NCBI GenBank assembly: GCA_965285935.1
Contig: OZ260663.1
Span: forward strand, 76,632,001-76,696,000
DNA from: Ophelia neglecta
Taxonomy: Eukaryota
Direction: 5' to 3'
DNA: 64,000 nucleotides
Shown here: positions 1 to 13,910 of the stretch, one piece after another
Position numbering within the stretch: position 1 is the first letter of the stretch
Layout of the letters: every line of letters begins with the position of its first letter
Position numbers and translations under genes: made by a program
Notes under the pieces: generated by a model
Seen by the model: only the letters and a program-made list of their open reading frames with translations
Databases searched by the model: none
Told to the model about the DNA's origin: nothing

Positions 1-2379
1 GTAGGATTCTCCTCCACTCAGCATAACTGCACGACTGTCTATTTTAGCTTCCAGATTAGCGCCAAAGATTGGTATATACAAGCAGGCTAACCATCGCAAA
101 GGTATAAACAGACTACACGGAGTAGATAATTAAGCCAAATGAGTCTCTTTTCCAATAAAAAGCTTTGAAATGCCGCCAAACGACCCTGCTTACAAGACTG
201 CCCCCTTGCCCAAAAGTCAGGCAACCGATTAACTATTGACCGAGAGATCAACAAATGTTGATGTTTAAGAATTCCCCGGTCAATGCCGAAGTCGTCTGCT
301 AATTTTGGGTTCGATTCTGATATATAGGGAAGAGCACTCATTTCTAATGAAAACGTGCCGTCGATAATTAGCTGTGACTGCCAATGCTCTCATTTCTCGG
401 TCTGGCAGCCAGACTAAAAACAGGTGAAAGCTAGTCTCGGTGTTATCAATCTATTATACAAGGAAAAACCACATATGACAGCTGAAAAAGGAGTTTTTCC
501 CGAGCCTCAATTGATGCCATTTTAGGCGCTCGGTTTCAATCCACGCGAGGAAGTAAGGAGGGCTTGGAGGTAATGAATTAGCCAAATACGACTTGACAGC
601 TCCTTCAGCCGGTACAAAATACCCACTGCCTAACGCTCCGCCAACACATTACCGCTCCCAAAAGACTCATTGCCTATAAAGAGGAGTTAAATAATCATAT
701 TTACATCAGACTACACGTAATCTTGTTAGTGCCCTTCGCAGCTTCTTCTTGCTAGGCAGTAATGACAATCTGGTAAAAAAAACTAGTGTTTAATAGATGT
801 CCTCACCTCGACTTTGGTGCATACCTGTGCCAAATGACATTTAGATTAAGTGTTTAGACTTATAACGAATACGACATTATGTATTAGAAGTGTATATTTA
901 CTGCGTCTCATCATTTTGCTTAAACATTACCCTGCTAATGTGTGAGGAAAAAAACATTTAGGTACACCTTGTCGGATAGGTTTCCATGGACATTTTGAAA
1001 TCCAGGACGAATATGGAAATGTACCAATTATTCAAAAGTATCAACACGAAATTAGACATCCTTGACGACAGGGTTCGCTTCTTGGCACGACACATCACTT
1101 TGTAGTACCAAAAGATGTGGGTGCAATTAAATGAACATTATAATTTGTGTTCATCCTCGAGTTGCAATGACTATCATTTTGTTAGCCGTGGAATCCAGCT
1201 GGCCCCCAAGGACTTTGTCATGGGTGTACACGGCTACCCCGAAATAAGGGACCCCCTTGCCTCGGTGCGTAAAATTTTTACTGGCCTCGCCAAGAGATAA
1301 CATCAATATGTAAAACAAATTTTTAAAAGCTTATTCTTGGATCTTGGCAGTTTAAAATTGGCCTCCTCGCGGCCCCGGTCGCCTGGTTTTTAGCATAGTG
1401 GTATGCTGTTAACATTGATAGCAAATATGCCCGATCGATGAAAAGTATCCCGAGCTATGCAACTTTTCTCTTGCGGACATTTACCATTTGAATTCACTGG
1501 AAAATGCACGTATTGTATGCGACCACTTAACCACCAAGATAAAAACAGTTCACCTCTTTGGATTTATCATTCTTACCACAAAGAACAGCCCTTAGATGGA
1601 TTCCTTATCCCGCCATCGCAGCCTGCCAAACGAGAACTGATCTACCAGACGAGATTTGATGACCCTCCTGGCGACACCTATGGGAAGACTCGTTCATCAA
1701 ATTCCAGTACAAGCCCATTCTATAATCACAGTGTAGTGATTCTATGAGAATTTCCCCTTAAAGCAGAGTCTCGTTCATTTTTGATCTGTGGAATACACAT
1801 CTACGTGATACCTCGGCAACTGGTGAAGTCAGGTTCTTAAACGGATCACTCATGGAGGAATGCAATAAACAATATGGTCTCTTGCTCGTATACACAAACA
1901 TCCAATTATGTATGTAAATCCTGGGAGTTATTACTTGGTAATGAGAGCAAAAGCTCCTTGCGGTATCTTTTGGTATTAAATGATAAGCAACTAATTCCTC
2001 AAACCATATAATTTAGCCATAACATCACCAATCGGAGACTGTTGCAATATTCAGACTACTGATCATTAAGGATTATAAGATCATGGTAAAAATGAAGACC
2101 CCGATGCAATTATTTTACCATAGCCAAATACGAATCCATAAATTTTCGATATAACCTTTTGTGACCGATTCAGGCATACAATAATTAAAGCAGTGTTGTA
2201 GTCGACTAAGGAAGCATTAAGTTTGATAACAGGCTTGAAAGGACACCATGTGAAAATTGGAAGTTGGAAGAGAAAGCTGCATCGGAATGATTAATAGGAA
2301 TGGTATATTAATCAAAGTTAAAGGGAATAAAGAATTGAGCAAAACATTTCTTAGCGCGTCGTTCATAGCAGCATAACAA

Positions 2380-2790
2380 ACGCATGATTTCTTTGAGACA
2401 TATGACTGTGGAACCATTTCATCGAATCTATCAGTAATCATCAATGGATCTGATTTCACTGCCATCGATATATAGAGGAATAAACACGAGATGGAAGTCA
2501 CCAGACATATTACATAAACACATTTTTGTGTGTGGGAAGAATACAGAGAATGTGCTTATCGATTGGGGCTCTGTCTTTGAGCGTACACCCAGAATCAAAG
2601 CACAACGACGGGTATAACTGGATGAGAGATCTGATATTGCTGTGTGGATCAAAAAGGAACTGGAAGGCACTAACCCGTCTCTTTGAGGTTAGGATAAACC
2701 TAGTAAATCGTCTCATTGGGACTATTCAGAGATTAATGCTGGTGGTATAAGGGGCGGGGTTATCGCTACTCGGTCAGATATTTGAGGGAA
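2380..2790 (+). mobile_element. Possible decayed Penelope-like GIY-YIG endonuclease C-terminal remnant
   Basis: Broken translation VLIDWGSV...IAVWIKKE...GAGLSLLGQIFE resembles the PLE tail IDW...EAIWIR...DEG.Y.LS.IY. Weak. Confidence 0.25.
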
Positions 2791-3077
2791 TTCTAGTTTA
2801 GCACAGACGAGGACAAGAGGGTATGAATTCGGGTCCGGTTAAGCGAACTTTCCAATAGAATAAAACTTGGACATTTTTTTTTCTCCACAGTTAAAGTCGT
2901 TCTTATCTTACCGTGTATAATACTTCTTATGCTCCTTTTACCTAGTCTTAAGGCGTTTAGGCCTAGGCATTGCATGGGTATAAGACTGTATGTGTTTTTT
3001 AAAAATAAATATAAATGTAGCAACAAATCGGCAGCAGCCCTATGCATGGTGTTTCAGATGCAGCGCAACGCAGACAT

Positions 3078-4044
3078 AACAAGGCGTTTAGAAACGCATG
3101 CCCCTCCCCCATCAATCAAAAGGGATAGGAAACATGTTTGTCGAACAGACCACTTCTGTGAAAGAAAATGTAACAAGGTACACTCTGAAACGCTATAAAT
3201 TGCAAATAAAGTGGTACTATATAGGTTCTCAATGAAGCGCTAGGCTGTTGCTATAATTGACCTTGACAATTCACACCTAGGTCAACTTTGAGAGCTCGCC
3301 AATATGCGAAAAATGGTGTTTCCTATGGTTTCCATTACTTTAGGCTGCTAAAGTAAAGGCTGAATTCTTCACTATTGTTACTTGAAATTGAAAATGAACA
3401 CCAGGGTCAAATCTGTTCACACGATCAGATGCGAAAAATGACTTTCCTAGAGGTCCCACATAAACTTCAAGTCTGTAACTGCTAAAATAAATCAATTATG
3501 TAATTTGACCTTGAAATTGAAAACAAAGATCAAATAGGAGAACTCGATAAACTTCGAACAATATTGTTTCATAAAGATGCCCAATGTACCTCTGGGTTCT
3601 TACTGCTAGAATAAAGGCTGAAATCATGATTTTCACCGTGATTAATGTGACCTTGAACATGTAGGTAAGGGTCAAATCTGACAACACAATTGTAATCGCA
3701 GCATACACTTTTCTCAACCGTCCCCACAGTAATTTTTCGCCTGACTGGCATATTAAAGAAGTTAGACTGTAGTAAAAAGTTTGTCATTTTTATATCCGTT
3801 GGCATTGCAACTATATATTTTCAGATTTGCCCAAAAGTTTATCAGTAAATAGCCGGGCCTAGGCGCTTAACCTTGTTAATTTCGTCTAACAAGGAGCGGT
3901 AAAATGCATTTCTCAACTTCGGAAGTAGTAGTAGTAACTTCGTAAAATTGCCTAGACCCAAGCACAGTAATGAAGACCAAATCCGCATATATATACATAT
4001 CCCCCCATTTTTTCTTCGAAAAGGTTGGGGGGGGGGGGGCATAA
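3078..4044 (-). mobile_element. Second HINE/Helentron-type non-autonomous element, opposite orientation
   Basis: Left end aacaag, hairpin gcgttt-ag-aaacgc (3084-3097) and ATGCCCCTCCCCC. Right end atcccccc...ggggggggggggg inverted pair followed by CATAA, so ATGCCCC/GGGGCAT serve as sub-terminal IRs. Interior has repeated tgaccttga / ggtcaaa motifs, like those of the 21-kb HINE. Confidence 0.6.
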
Positions 4045-6167
4045 GAAGGCAACAAATTTTAGTGCTACGGGTCCAATTTCTCTAACAAACACGGCAGGTA
4101 CATGCGTGGCAACGGCGGAAGATAGGTGGATAAACCTGTCTTGTCGACCAAGTGTAAACAGCCAAGTTAATCCGGCTTTTGTTTTTACTGCCAGAAAAAT
4201 ATTATGGCGAGTAGGCCTATATCCTATCCATCATTACTTCCTATGATGGGATCAAGATATATCCACGTTGTTTCATCGCAGGACGTTAACCTCCTTTGGA
4301 TGACTACATGGAATCTCAAAACCACGCTAAAATGTGCTGAAGGCTCGTTCCACTCTTACCTACAGTTTTGTTTTTCATTTTAGATAGCTGTCCTTGTGTC
4401 ATAATGGACAACGACAATGAGAGAGGAAAGAAGATGCTCGTCAATTCATGCCAGGCCTGATCCCTTAACATTGGCGTTCGGTGCACCAAAAAAAGCTCTG
4501 CCACCTATCGACCGTTCCTTAGTAAAGCGAAAACTTAGATATCTTAGCAGACATGACATCTCCTCTCTACGTACTGTTTGTCTGTGGCGCTGTTCCAATG
4601 GAGCCAAACGAAAAACGGCGGGTGAATCAGACTATTTGTATTAGTTGGGTCTGTCGTCCTAGTGGCGTGTTGACTTCTTGAGCATGGACGAGATTTGCCT
4701 TGTGGTGCATACAGTATGCCACGTGACAAGACCCTGTGCTCCCTCTCAGACTATACCGGTGTTTCACATCGAGTAAGCCCTAGTTAAAATTCTGATGGTG
4801 GTCTTTTTTAATTAGTGCTTTAAAGCCAGCCATACCTTAGCAGCCTAGTTTGTCGTGTAACACCAATTGAAAGGGAACGCTAAAAACCTACCGCCAGCAA
4901 CTTAATATAGGGATGTGACCAATAAACAGTTTTGCATCTAGTTCGATTCCGAGTTTGTTTTGCTTTTACATTCCGTCGTAAAAGAACGTAGTTAAAAGAA
5001 GGATGAACAGCCTAAATTGATCAATAACAGTTTGCCAGTAAACAAGAGCAGTCTAGTTTTCACAATTTCGTTCCAATGCCAAATTATCATTGCTGAAGGC
5101 GATAAATTGGGATCTGACGTGGCTGGTGGATGGCCATGCGAGAAACTTTAACGGAAAGGCAAGTTTAAGGAATGTTTGTCGCTTCTGATGGAATGATTCT
5201 GATTAAGAACAACACAGACAGGATCAAGATAGTAACCAGCCAGTCAGAGATAGATTATTTTAGGAGCATGTTAATCCATTGTTTGACAATATGATTATCA
5301 ATTTTTTGCTGATGATTATAAAAAGTATCAATTTTTGATTTTAAGTATGTCTATGATCTTACTTTTATATTTCTTTTAACAATCCCTTTCTAGTTTAATA
5401 GCCCCAGAGATGTTTATTGTTCCATGCATTTGCTATTGGCTGTTTGAAAGTATCCAATTTCTAGTATCCAATGCCTTCGCATCCTCTCAAATTTTCGCAT
5501 CATCCAAATTCATAAACACATACCTGACGACTAAAAAAACTCATTCCAACTTATATACAGGTACACTTATCAAAACATCTATTTCCCATAATGTTTTCAA
5601 TTTTCTCAATCAGTCAAATAGTTTCATCCCAGACAGCTAAAACAATTTTCTAATTTTAGATATAAATTATTATTCATACTTCTAGACTTTGGCGCCGTTG
5701 TAAAATTATTTGTTATCCCGCCTGATTTGAACAAAAACAGGTTACCCTGGTGTCCAAGGGTTACGAACTCTACAGGTAAAAATGACATATCGGTTTTCCA
5801 CCAATTTAATTACGTATAACACAGGCCTTGAGGACGTGGAGAATCAAATACAGGACTTCATTCGGGCTTACGGGGAGTCAGTATGAAATCGGTGACTCGC
5901 TTTTGGAATGTTCACGTTCAGCTTCTACTTGCCATTGTTTTAACCCCTTTTGGTGATCTATTCTGCTAAATTCAGGGAAGGGGGCACGTGCATCTGGTTC
6001 ATTTTGCTATAAAATCTTATGGCAATGTACCTGTTCAGCCACAGCTAAAACATAGTGGGTTTTCTTTACATAGTTAATATTTTATTGGACTATAGACGAG
6101 AATTAGTACCCCTTTCCTCTTTTACATGTAGGAAGGTTTAACATCTTCTATTGTTATATCATTATGA

Positions 6168-6230
6168 GAGCGAGCCGAATCCACCATAGAGCCTATGGCA
6201 TATTTCAACTCTCTCCTACGTTTACCACTG
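6168..6230 (-). repeat. Second copy of the interspersed repeat at 13765-13830
   Basis: gcgagc...tccaccataga..ctatg.catatttca...ctacgtt.a.actg is shared between the two loci. Confidence 0.65.
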
Positions 6231-8249
6231 ACTCGTTTGTTTTGTGCTATCACTCGCGTCATATAAAATGTTTAAGTAATTCTCATAGCAAGGATTATAA
6301 AAACTTATTTTTATAATTTCAAAATGTTCCCAAATAATTCGATTTCATTTCAATAACTATGAAGAAGACAATGAGTAATAATGGGAACTCCAAACGTAGA
6401 GGATGTGTTCTTCTTTTGATAAAGTTTGGTGTAGCTTTAAATGCTTCCTTTATATTTGTTATGATTTATCCAACGGTAGAAAACTGCTTTGTTAAAATTG
6501 ATAGACAGGTGACATAACGGGCTCTATTAATATAGGCCTCAAATAACAATATATTTATTTTGATACCTCAAGAAACTTTTGGTTAAGAGTGACCTTAAGT
6601 TTTGTATATTTGTGTGGGGACATTATTATCTATTTATACAATATCAATAACAATTAATCTTCACCGCATTTTCCTGGAATGGATGGATCAATGATCAATC
6701 TTTCCTTTAATCACTGAGCTAACTGGTGTGATGTGCGCAACAGCATGTCATGTAGAAGTCATTTCGTTTTCTGTAAATGACTGGATGGAGAATAACGAAT
6801 TTTGAATGTAATCTGACATACAGACAGAACAGAAAATATTCTTCTATTTTTTTGCAGTCATTTAAGTTGAGGGTTCTAATTGTGACAACAGTTCGAATGA
6901 CTAGGAGCTGTGTGTGAGAAATACAAAAAGCCTTTGCGAGAAAACAGAAAATGGCAACTGGTATGAAATTGGAATGTCGGAGTAAATTTTTCAAATTTCC
7001 ACATGGGTAATAGCAACCTGTTCATTTCCGTTGAATATTATCATATAACTACTTTCAATATCAATTATAGGAATAGAAAACCAAAACATTCTTAGGGATT
7101 GAAACAGCTCATTTAAGTAAACAATATATATAATTTTATATGTTTATTTGTGAAACACAGGTAGCAAACTAAGATATAATGACTATCAATCGCTGCTGAG
7201 CAGACGAAGGGAAGAATTTAATAATGGGTGATTGCTATCTAAGTAAAGATAACTTGAAGAAATTAAGAAATATTATTAAGGAAGTTATTGTGGACACACG
7301 TCGAATCAGTGAGTAATCAATTGACTTAAAAATGAGTGACAAAACACTTAATGTCTGGTAACTCCATCGGTTAGCTAAACAGTCAATATGAGACTTACTG
7401 CTTTCGTAAAATAACACTGCAATCTGCATAAGGATTCAAAAAATGAATTATACAATTCACTAGTTCATACCTCTACGCAACTGAACCGCAATCTCATTTC
7501 CATTTTGAAAACGTTATGATTTTGAATAGGCTAAATGTTCATATTTGAGTCTAGGGTATGGGTTAGTTAATGACTGGAATGAAGGAGAGATAATCAGTGA
7601 CTTCGTTTTTGTGTGTGTATGTGACTTAAAAAACACCAAATACCATTCTAAAGCCAATAGCATGAGAACTGCTAAAAACGTTAAGAAAATGTCATAACAA
7701 AGGGAAGCAACATAGCCTCATAGGTACCATATTAGAAAAATCAAACTCAATACATTTCTACCAACGCCGGATGTTTGAAATTGCTGAATCTTGTTTATTA
7801 GAAGCCGACGAAACACATGTAATATGACATTTCAAGCCAATAAAACGGCGTTTGATGTGAAATCAAATTAAGTAAATAAAATGCATGCATTGTGAATTTT
7901 ATTGTGAGAACTATGTAGTCTAATAGGCGGCGTCGGTTTTATTGTTACAAACCTGGCAGGTGATAAACCAGGAGCATAGCATCCTTTCTGTGTACCTTCA
8001 GACTGACAAGGGCAGGAAACACACAACTCATTTGTTTTTATTTTTTAACCGCTTGAAATGAAATCAATTTTTTTATTCAATTTATTTGCTTTGCCTAGTA
8101 TCATCAAAAAAAATCAATAGGTTTATGAGAATGTATTTTTAAATGCAGCTAACAGAATCAAACTAAGATCTCTGAATGGTAGAAATGCCACGATGCCTGG
8201 GTTTTTGAGCTCGTGTTTTAAAACCTAATTGCGCTCTCATATTGTTGTG

Positions 8250-9650
8250 ATGCGAGTTATATCAGTTTAATTACTGGCTGGTGTAGGAGACTCCGAACTC
8301 CGCGTTCAGGTTAATTATCAACAAATATAGCAATTCTTACAGTTCTTCTCAGAGAACAACATTGCCTGTCAGAAGCATAGGTGATACAATTTAAGAGATG
8401 TTACTGTGTGTCAGTCATTGCACGTTATGACATCTGTCTGCATCAGAGAGCATGTCAGACCATATGTTCTCTCATGCACCTATAAATGTAATAGAAGAAC
8501 TCTCTACGACCACAAGGCCCAACAAGGTCACTGCCCTATATAGAAGCCTTGAGATGGACACGTCTAAATCACCATACAGTGGAAAATACGAAATACAAGG
8601 CACCAAAAAAAGTCGCCTGATCATTTTCTCTGCAGTGAGTTAGTTTATGGATATCTTTTGTATATACATTGTCCTAGTTCAGCAGTTGTACATTTATACA
8701 TCACGATATATAAGTTGCAACATAAATACAAATGCCGAGGCGAAACAGTGTCAATTAAGAATTAAATTATATCTATAAACCAGGAGGGCGAAACAAAATA
8801 ATGAGAATTTTGAAGCAAATACAAAAAGTTAACCAGTCATGTGGTATACCCAAGGTTTCCTCTGTTTTGTTAAGAATCAGCCCCGCTTTCCCATCCAGGA
8901 ACTACTAGCAATGACTCAGATATTGTTCTAAAAGTGTAGAGAATTATTTATTAATCTAAAAGGTGATTCACCCTTTCCTAACCTTATGTTCTGGCTCCGG
9001 GTATGCATGATCCATGATGGGGTTTTGAAATAACGAAACATTGGTTATTCCAGAGAGCTGGAGGAAGAGTCAAAGTTCGCAACACTCTATCCACAATATA
9101 CGGACTGGGATTCAAATTAATGGCAATGTCTTAGAATGCGATTTGATGGTAATGTATTGCTGGGACGTGTTTAAACACTACATGGTTAAATCCCCTAAAT
9201 AATTATGTGATTTAACCCGATCCACTCAGTATTAATATTTCCATTTACAAAATAAGGAGTAAAGATATGTTTGATTAAATGGCACACTGCTACGATAAAT
9301 CGATAAATCATGTCCTCTTTTTGGCAGAACAGAAATTCGGGACACATTGCCAGTTCCCTCTATTAGTAATTGCGACAAAGGACTCTGAATTCGGCTAATT
9401 CCCCTTTTCAGTATCAGCACTCCTAGTTTCATTTGATGATAACGGCTGCCTATATCATTCCTTATCCTAATGATCCATAATAAAACATGTGGTGACGCTT
9501 GTCAATGCTAAACTCATTTTCACTAGTTTACAATGCATGTCTGTAAGCGTCATTATTCGCAAATTTGAACGAATACTGCCTAACTTGAATCCAATATCAG
9601 ACAGGACAGGGCAACACAGGGAAATCATCTTTTTATTATTTATCAGTTAT
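8250..9650 (+). mobile_element. Highly decayed Gypsy-type LTR retrotransposon pol remnant (RNase H to integrase)
   Basis: Collinear, frame-shifted motif traces: GVG (~8279), KEML(L)CV (~8392), (T)DHK (~8507), RW...VA/DHFS (~8552-8630), IHDGVL.../LVIPESWR (~9010-9063), GV/DMF (~9256), VVT.NA..FTS (~9489). The order matches Gypsy RNase H, HHCC, integrase core. Read by eye only. Confidence 0.4.
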
Positions 9651-11362
9651 AAGGTAACGGTCCTATTTCATATGTTGAAGTCTTCAATATATGCATCAAA
9701 TGGCCATCAAGAACAGAAAATATAGCATAATAAGCGTGTTTCAAGGGAAATAGTTCTTCAGTGCAAAACTCAAGTCCTTAGGACCAGTTTTATCAGGACT
9801 TATAAGTGAATTACCAACGTAATACAATCTAAATGCGTTTTCACGGAAAGTATTTGTGTTAATGCTATATTACCGAATACGGTGTACAATTTTTAACGGA
9901 AATTAATGAACTAGCTGTTGATAAATACAATCGTTATGTTGTCAAGGACACCTTTTATGTGAACCGTTTCAACAGCAATATATTGACTAAATAGAAATCA
10001 TAGCTACATAAGCTTACTTGAATTAATGGTTGTAATCCATACTTATCGACATTTTAATAATCAACTGCATCTTAAAGGGAGGGAATTTACTAAGCCCGGA
10101 AATCCAAAAGAGGTAATGCCTTTGGCACCCTGGTTAGAATCAGAAGAGCAAATGTCGAATCTAAGCACCGATCAGTCAGGGCTTCTTCTGGGACCAACTT
10201 GTCAAGATAGTTGTTCCACAATAATTATGAATATATCTTCGCTATATTTGGGGATGTCGTATAGTATCAATCATCGCTGGGGCATTCGTGCACGAAGCAC
10301 CATATTTTGATTCAGGTGTAGACAGCAACGAAAGCGTCAAAAACAGCAGATTATTCAACAACAGTTCAAACGGAAGAGAAACTGCATAAAGATTGGGCTA
10401 TTTTCTGTTCTTACAAAAACCTCAAGGGACTGGCTCGGAGGAGGGCTGATGGAATACGTTCCTTATGCCCCCAGTATCGGAAAGCTTTCAATCATGCTAC
10501 CAACGCCAACATACTAGGAAGGAGCACATTCACGAAAAAATATGTATTGTTTTGTACTGAGTCATTTGGAAAATGAAATGAGTGGCCAAAACGAGATGAA
10601 TTTTATAACACTAATGTATCGATCCGGCGTAAAGTGGAATTTGAAATGTGACTGGCCGAATTCTTCAATAGCACCCTGAAAGCATATATTTAGCATATGC
10701 AGCAAATTAAAATTTCCTAAACCCATTTTTGGCATATATGAGACAGATTGAGATGAAACAACTAAATTAAGTCCAAACATCGTAAAATGCAGTAGTAGGC
10801 CTATATATAATTTGACTATACGCAAAAGTAATAGCACTACCTATTTACCTTCGTGTCATGTGTCTTGTGATATATTAGTTAGAATTAATTCTTTTAATCC
10901 TTTGCGAGTTTTCCAATTATACTTCGTGATTCCTTTCTTTTCTGTGCCCTCGGAGAAGGAGGGAGAAAACCATCGATCAATCTTGCAAACGACATTTCTG
11001 CAACCTATACTCGCTCCGTATCGATTCTGTGTTATGCAATTTTTGGGTCCACGTAAGCTCCGGAACAAAATTGTTATGAATGAGACACAAAACCCTACTA
11101 AGCCTTCCCTTATTGGAGCATTACAGTACAAAAATTGCCTAAAATGGATTATATAGAAAGTAGTTATTCGATTAATAAGACAGTTGATACCGACGTCAAT
11201 AAAACGTTGCTGACTGGAGCTCAGACACAGTACATATGCGAGGTAGACGAAAGCCGTTAGGTTTGTAATAATTTTTGTGACACGTACTATGAAAGAAGAA
11301 CAGTTCGATCCGCTTATATAAGAAAGAGTCTAGACAGCAAACATAAAACTAATAAAACTTAC

Positions 11363-11964
11363 CTATAAAAAAGTTTACCCTTCTGCATCTGCAGGGGGTC
11401 TGGTATCCAACAGGACTTTCGTCGGACGAACATCTGCACGCTGTCGCGGTGATCGCGAGAGAAGGCCTCGGTGGCTCGAGAGATGAGTTTGACCACATGG
11501 GGTATGTATGGCATTGTCCCCATGCCGTAGTCAAGAGTCACCGCCAAAAGGCCGATGGGGTAGTCCTGTAGGTTACTGGGGTTCCGTGTCATAACATCTT
11601 CCGTGAGGAACCACGCATACCCCTCCTTGGTAAACCCCTCCTCTTTGGCCACCTGGAAGATCCGCCGCGCTAGGCGCACACTGCAATGCAGAATGATGAC
11701 ACGCGACTGGTTCTCCAACAGGTTGAGAAGCTTATAGTCTATCTTCTCCCTACTGTACCTGGATGAAAGACGTATGTGATCCTCTACTCGCCACCGACTC
11801 CCCGTCGTCATCTCTTTAAACGTGTCGATAAATCCATCTGTTGCATAGCTATCCTCCGTGATTAAAGATGCATAAAACCAATTGTTTTTCTCTAGCACTC
11901 TCACAATGGCTTTGGCTATCAGGGACTTAGAAGGCTCCAGTTGGAGGAAAAATGGCCTCTCCCC
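11363..11964 (-). CDS. GRIN2: Internal coding exon of an NMDA-type ionotropic glutamate receptor, GluN2-like (amino-terminal LIVBP-like domain)
   Basis: Acceptor is a polypyrimidine tract ttgttttcttctcgttttatAG|GGG (AG at 11966-11965); donor is TATAG|GTAAGT (GT at 11362-11361). The open frame GERPFFLQLEPSKSLIAKAIVRVLEKNNWFYASLIT...SRVIILHCS...GFTKEGYAWFL...QDYPIGLLAVTLD...RKSCW...KLFYR aligns by eye with vertebrate GluN2 (FFQFGAS...DWHVFSLVT...SSVILLYCS...GLTGYDFFWIV...EFPSGLISVSYD...KASCY). The symbol is family-level only. Confidence 0.85.
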
Positions 11965-13764
11965 CTATAAAACGAGAAGAAAACAAATATTACTAAATGG
12001 AAAATAGCAAAAACCAGTATGTTATGTATAAATTGCGCAGGTGGCTATGTGATCTTTTAGATCTGGTTGGGTTGCATCTTGTTTATATACATCTCACAGG
12101 TTGTTTTGGAAGTGGCTGTAATGAATATATTTCCATTTGGTAATTGGTGCTTATAAAAGTCGGCCGACTTTTAAGTAGAGAAATCCACTTACTTACTTGC
12201 ACGCCATTTTCGCGCACACCTAATGTCATGTAACATGGAAGAGTTTTACGAGGTGAAGGCTCCAAAATATGACAAGCATAATACAGGGAATGTCTGAATT
12301 CGATTGGAAAAAATATATGGCCTGTGTTCCATCAAAAACGCCACACGACATTTCAACAACAAGTAATAAATGTAAAGACTACCCACTAAAAATGGGGCAC
12401 AGTGTGTGAGCATCTCGACTTCGTACTCAGTTCCCTAATAATGTGGAACCGAATATGATTTTATTTTAAAAATGATTTGCTGAATGTGTAATTTCTTCCA
12501 CATAATTCAGTACCATTGAAGATAAAAAATCCCTATGTCATTAGCATAATTTTATGTTCCTAGATTATTTTTAGATCTATAATGAAAATTTGTCAGCAAT
12601 AATGCCTCGGTTAAATTTACTCTGGCTTCGGGTTCACTGATCGCCCACACCTTAAACTATTATATAGTTTCTGCAGTCTCTTACAGATAATACTCATATA
12701 ATTAGAACACAATACGCAATATAATATGTGTTATTTGTCTTATATTCAAATCATTTAGTAATACGATATCACATAACTGAACTTTCAGGTACCTGTCTCA
12801 ATACGAATGGTACAATTACTTAGTAGTTACATGGTTTATAATCCATACTGATCTGGACTGTGCTTAATTCTAGTAGTACCACATCACCACCCTTCAGTCA
12901 GTAACTAGGCTATACAATAATGCTGGAGTGGGTACCTGGCACACAAACCAAACCGAATAGTCCACCACCTCGGTCTGACATATTGAACGTGGAAGCATAC
13001 ACGACATGGCTACTAATAAAATGTAACCAACATTTCTAAAGCGAATACCCTAAAATTGGACAATGATTAAGGTAAATTAGTGTTAAACGGACGCTTAGCA
13101 AATAACGCTAGATGTGATTCCAAGGACACAACTCCTTTGAACAGCTAAAAGGTTAAAACGACAGGTATGGCCTGAGTATTCACAATCTTAGGAAAATTTG
13201 GTGGTCGGCTGCAAATCGCTCGGCCAAGGACATCTTGTCGGTTTTCAGTTATTCAATTTTGCTCCTGACTTACTTGAGTTATAGGCATATTGCGGTAAGA
13301 GCTTTTGAGCAATGGTATTTCGTGGCGCAAGAACCAAAGATGCATCGCTGCAAAGCTCGCCTGTTGACGTATGTAAGTGCGCAAACATAATATCATTATA
13401 TAATAAGAAAAACCGCGACATAGTGGCAGTAAGGCTTGAAGCCGTGGCCGATTTGCGATAAGTTGCCTATCAGCTCTGAGCTCTAAATCCAAACCTAAAA
13501 ACACCAAACACTTATTGACGTAAGCTCTATTGACAGGGTTACAAAAGCACAATTGTGACTAATTTGCTGCCGACAATTAAGTCTCGGTTTATACACTTCA
13601 TGTATTACCAAGAAAATTGATATTGGGTCAATAAACCCTCTGCTCCATTTTTTTTTTGATTTTATTAAGTTGGAGCAAGTGTGTGACTTTTTTACATTCA
13701 AGTCTTACGTCTTGTTTTTTCCAGTTATTTATTATGAATGCTGGCGAAACTTAATCAAAATTGT

Positions 13765-13910
13765 GCGAGCGATTTGTCCACCATAGACTCTATGCCATAT
13801 TTCATGTCTGTTCTACGTTAACTACTGCCCATTATTGTCGACCTAGTTTACGTCCTCGCCGAGAACCTATTTGTCCCGGTGTGGAGTAAAGTGTTTCGCC
13901 AAGATTATAT
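13765..13910 (-). mobile_element. SINE-like fragment
   Basis: Minus strand cttggcgaaacactttactcc...gaggacgtaaac resembles conserved bodies of metazoan tRNA-SINEs. 13765-13830 is homologous to 6168-6230. Confidence 0.45.

Noticed and set aside
87-341. Minus-strand ORF with FGIDRGILKHQHLLI, superficially like the next GluN2 exon
   Set aside because: No phase-compatible acceptor without an in-frame stop was found, no good donor, and the similarity is marginal.
9720-9770. Minus-strand CTGAAGA...GAAAC hammerhead-like core
   Set aside because: Stem II and the flanking stems do not pair convincingly.
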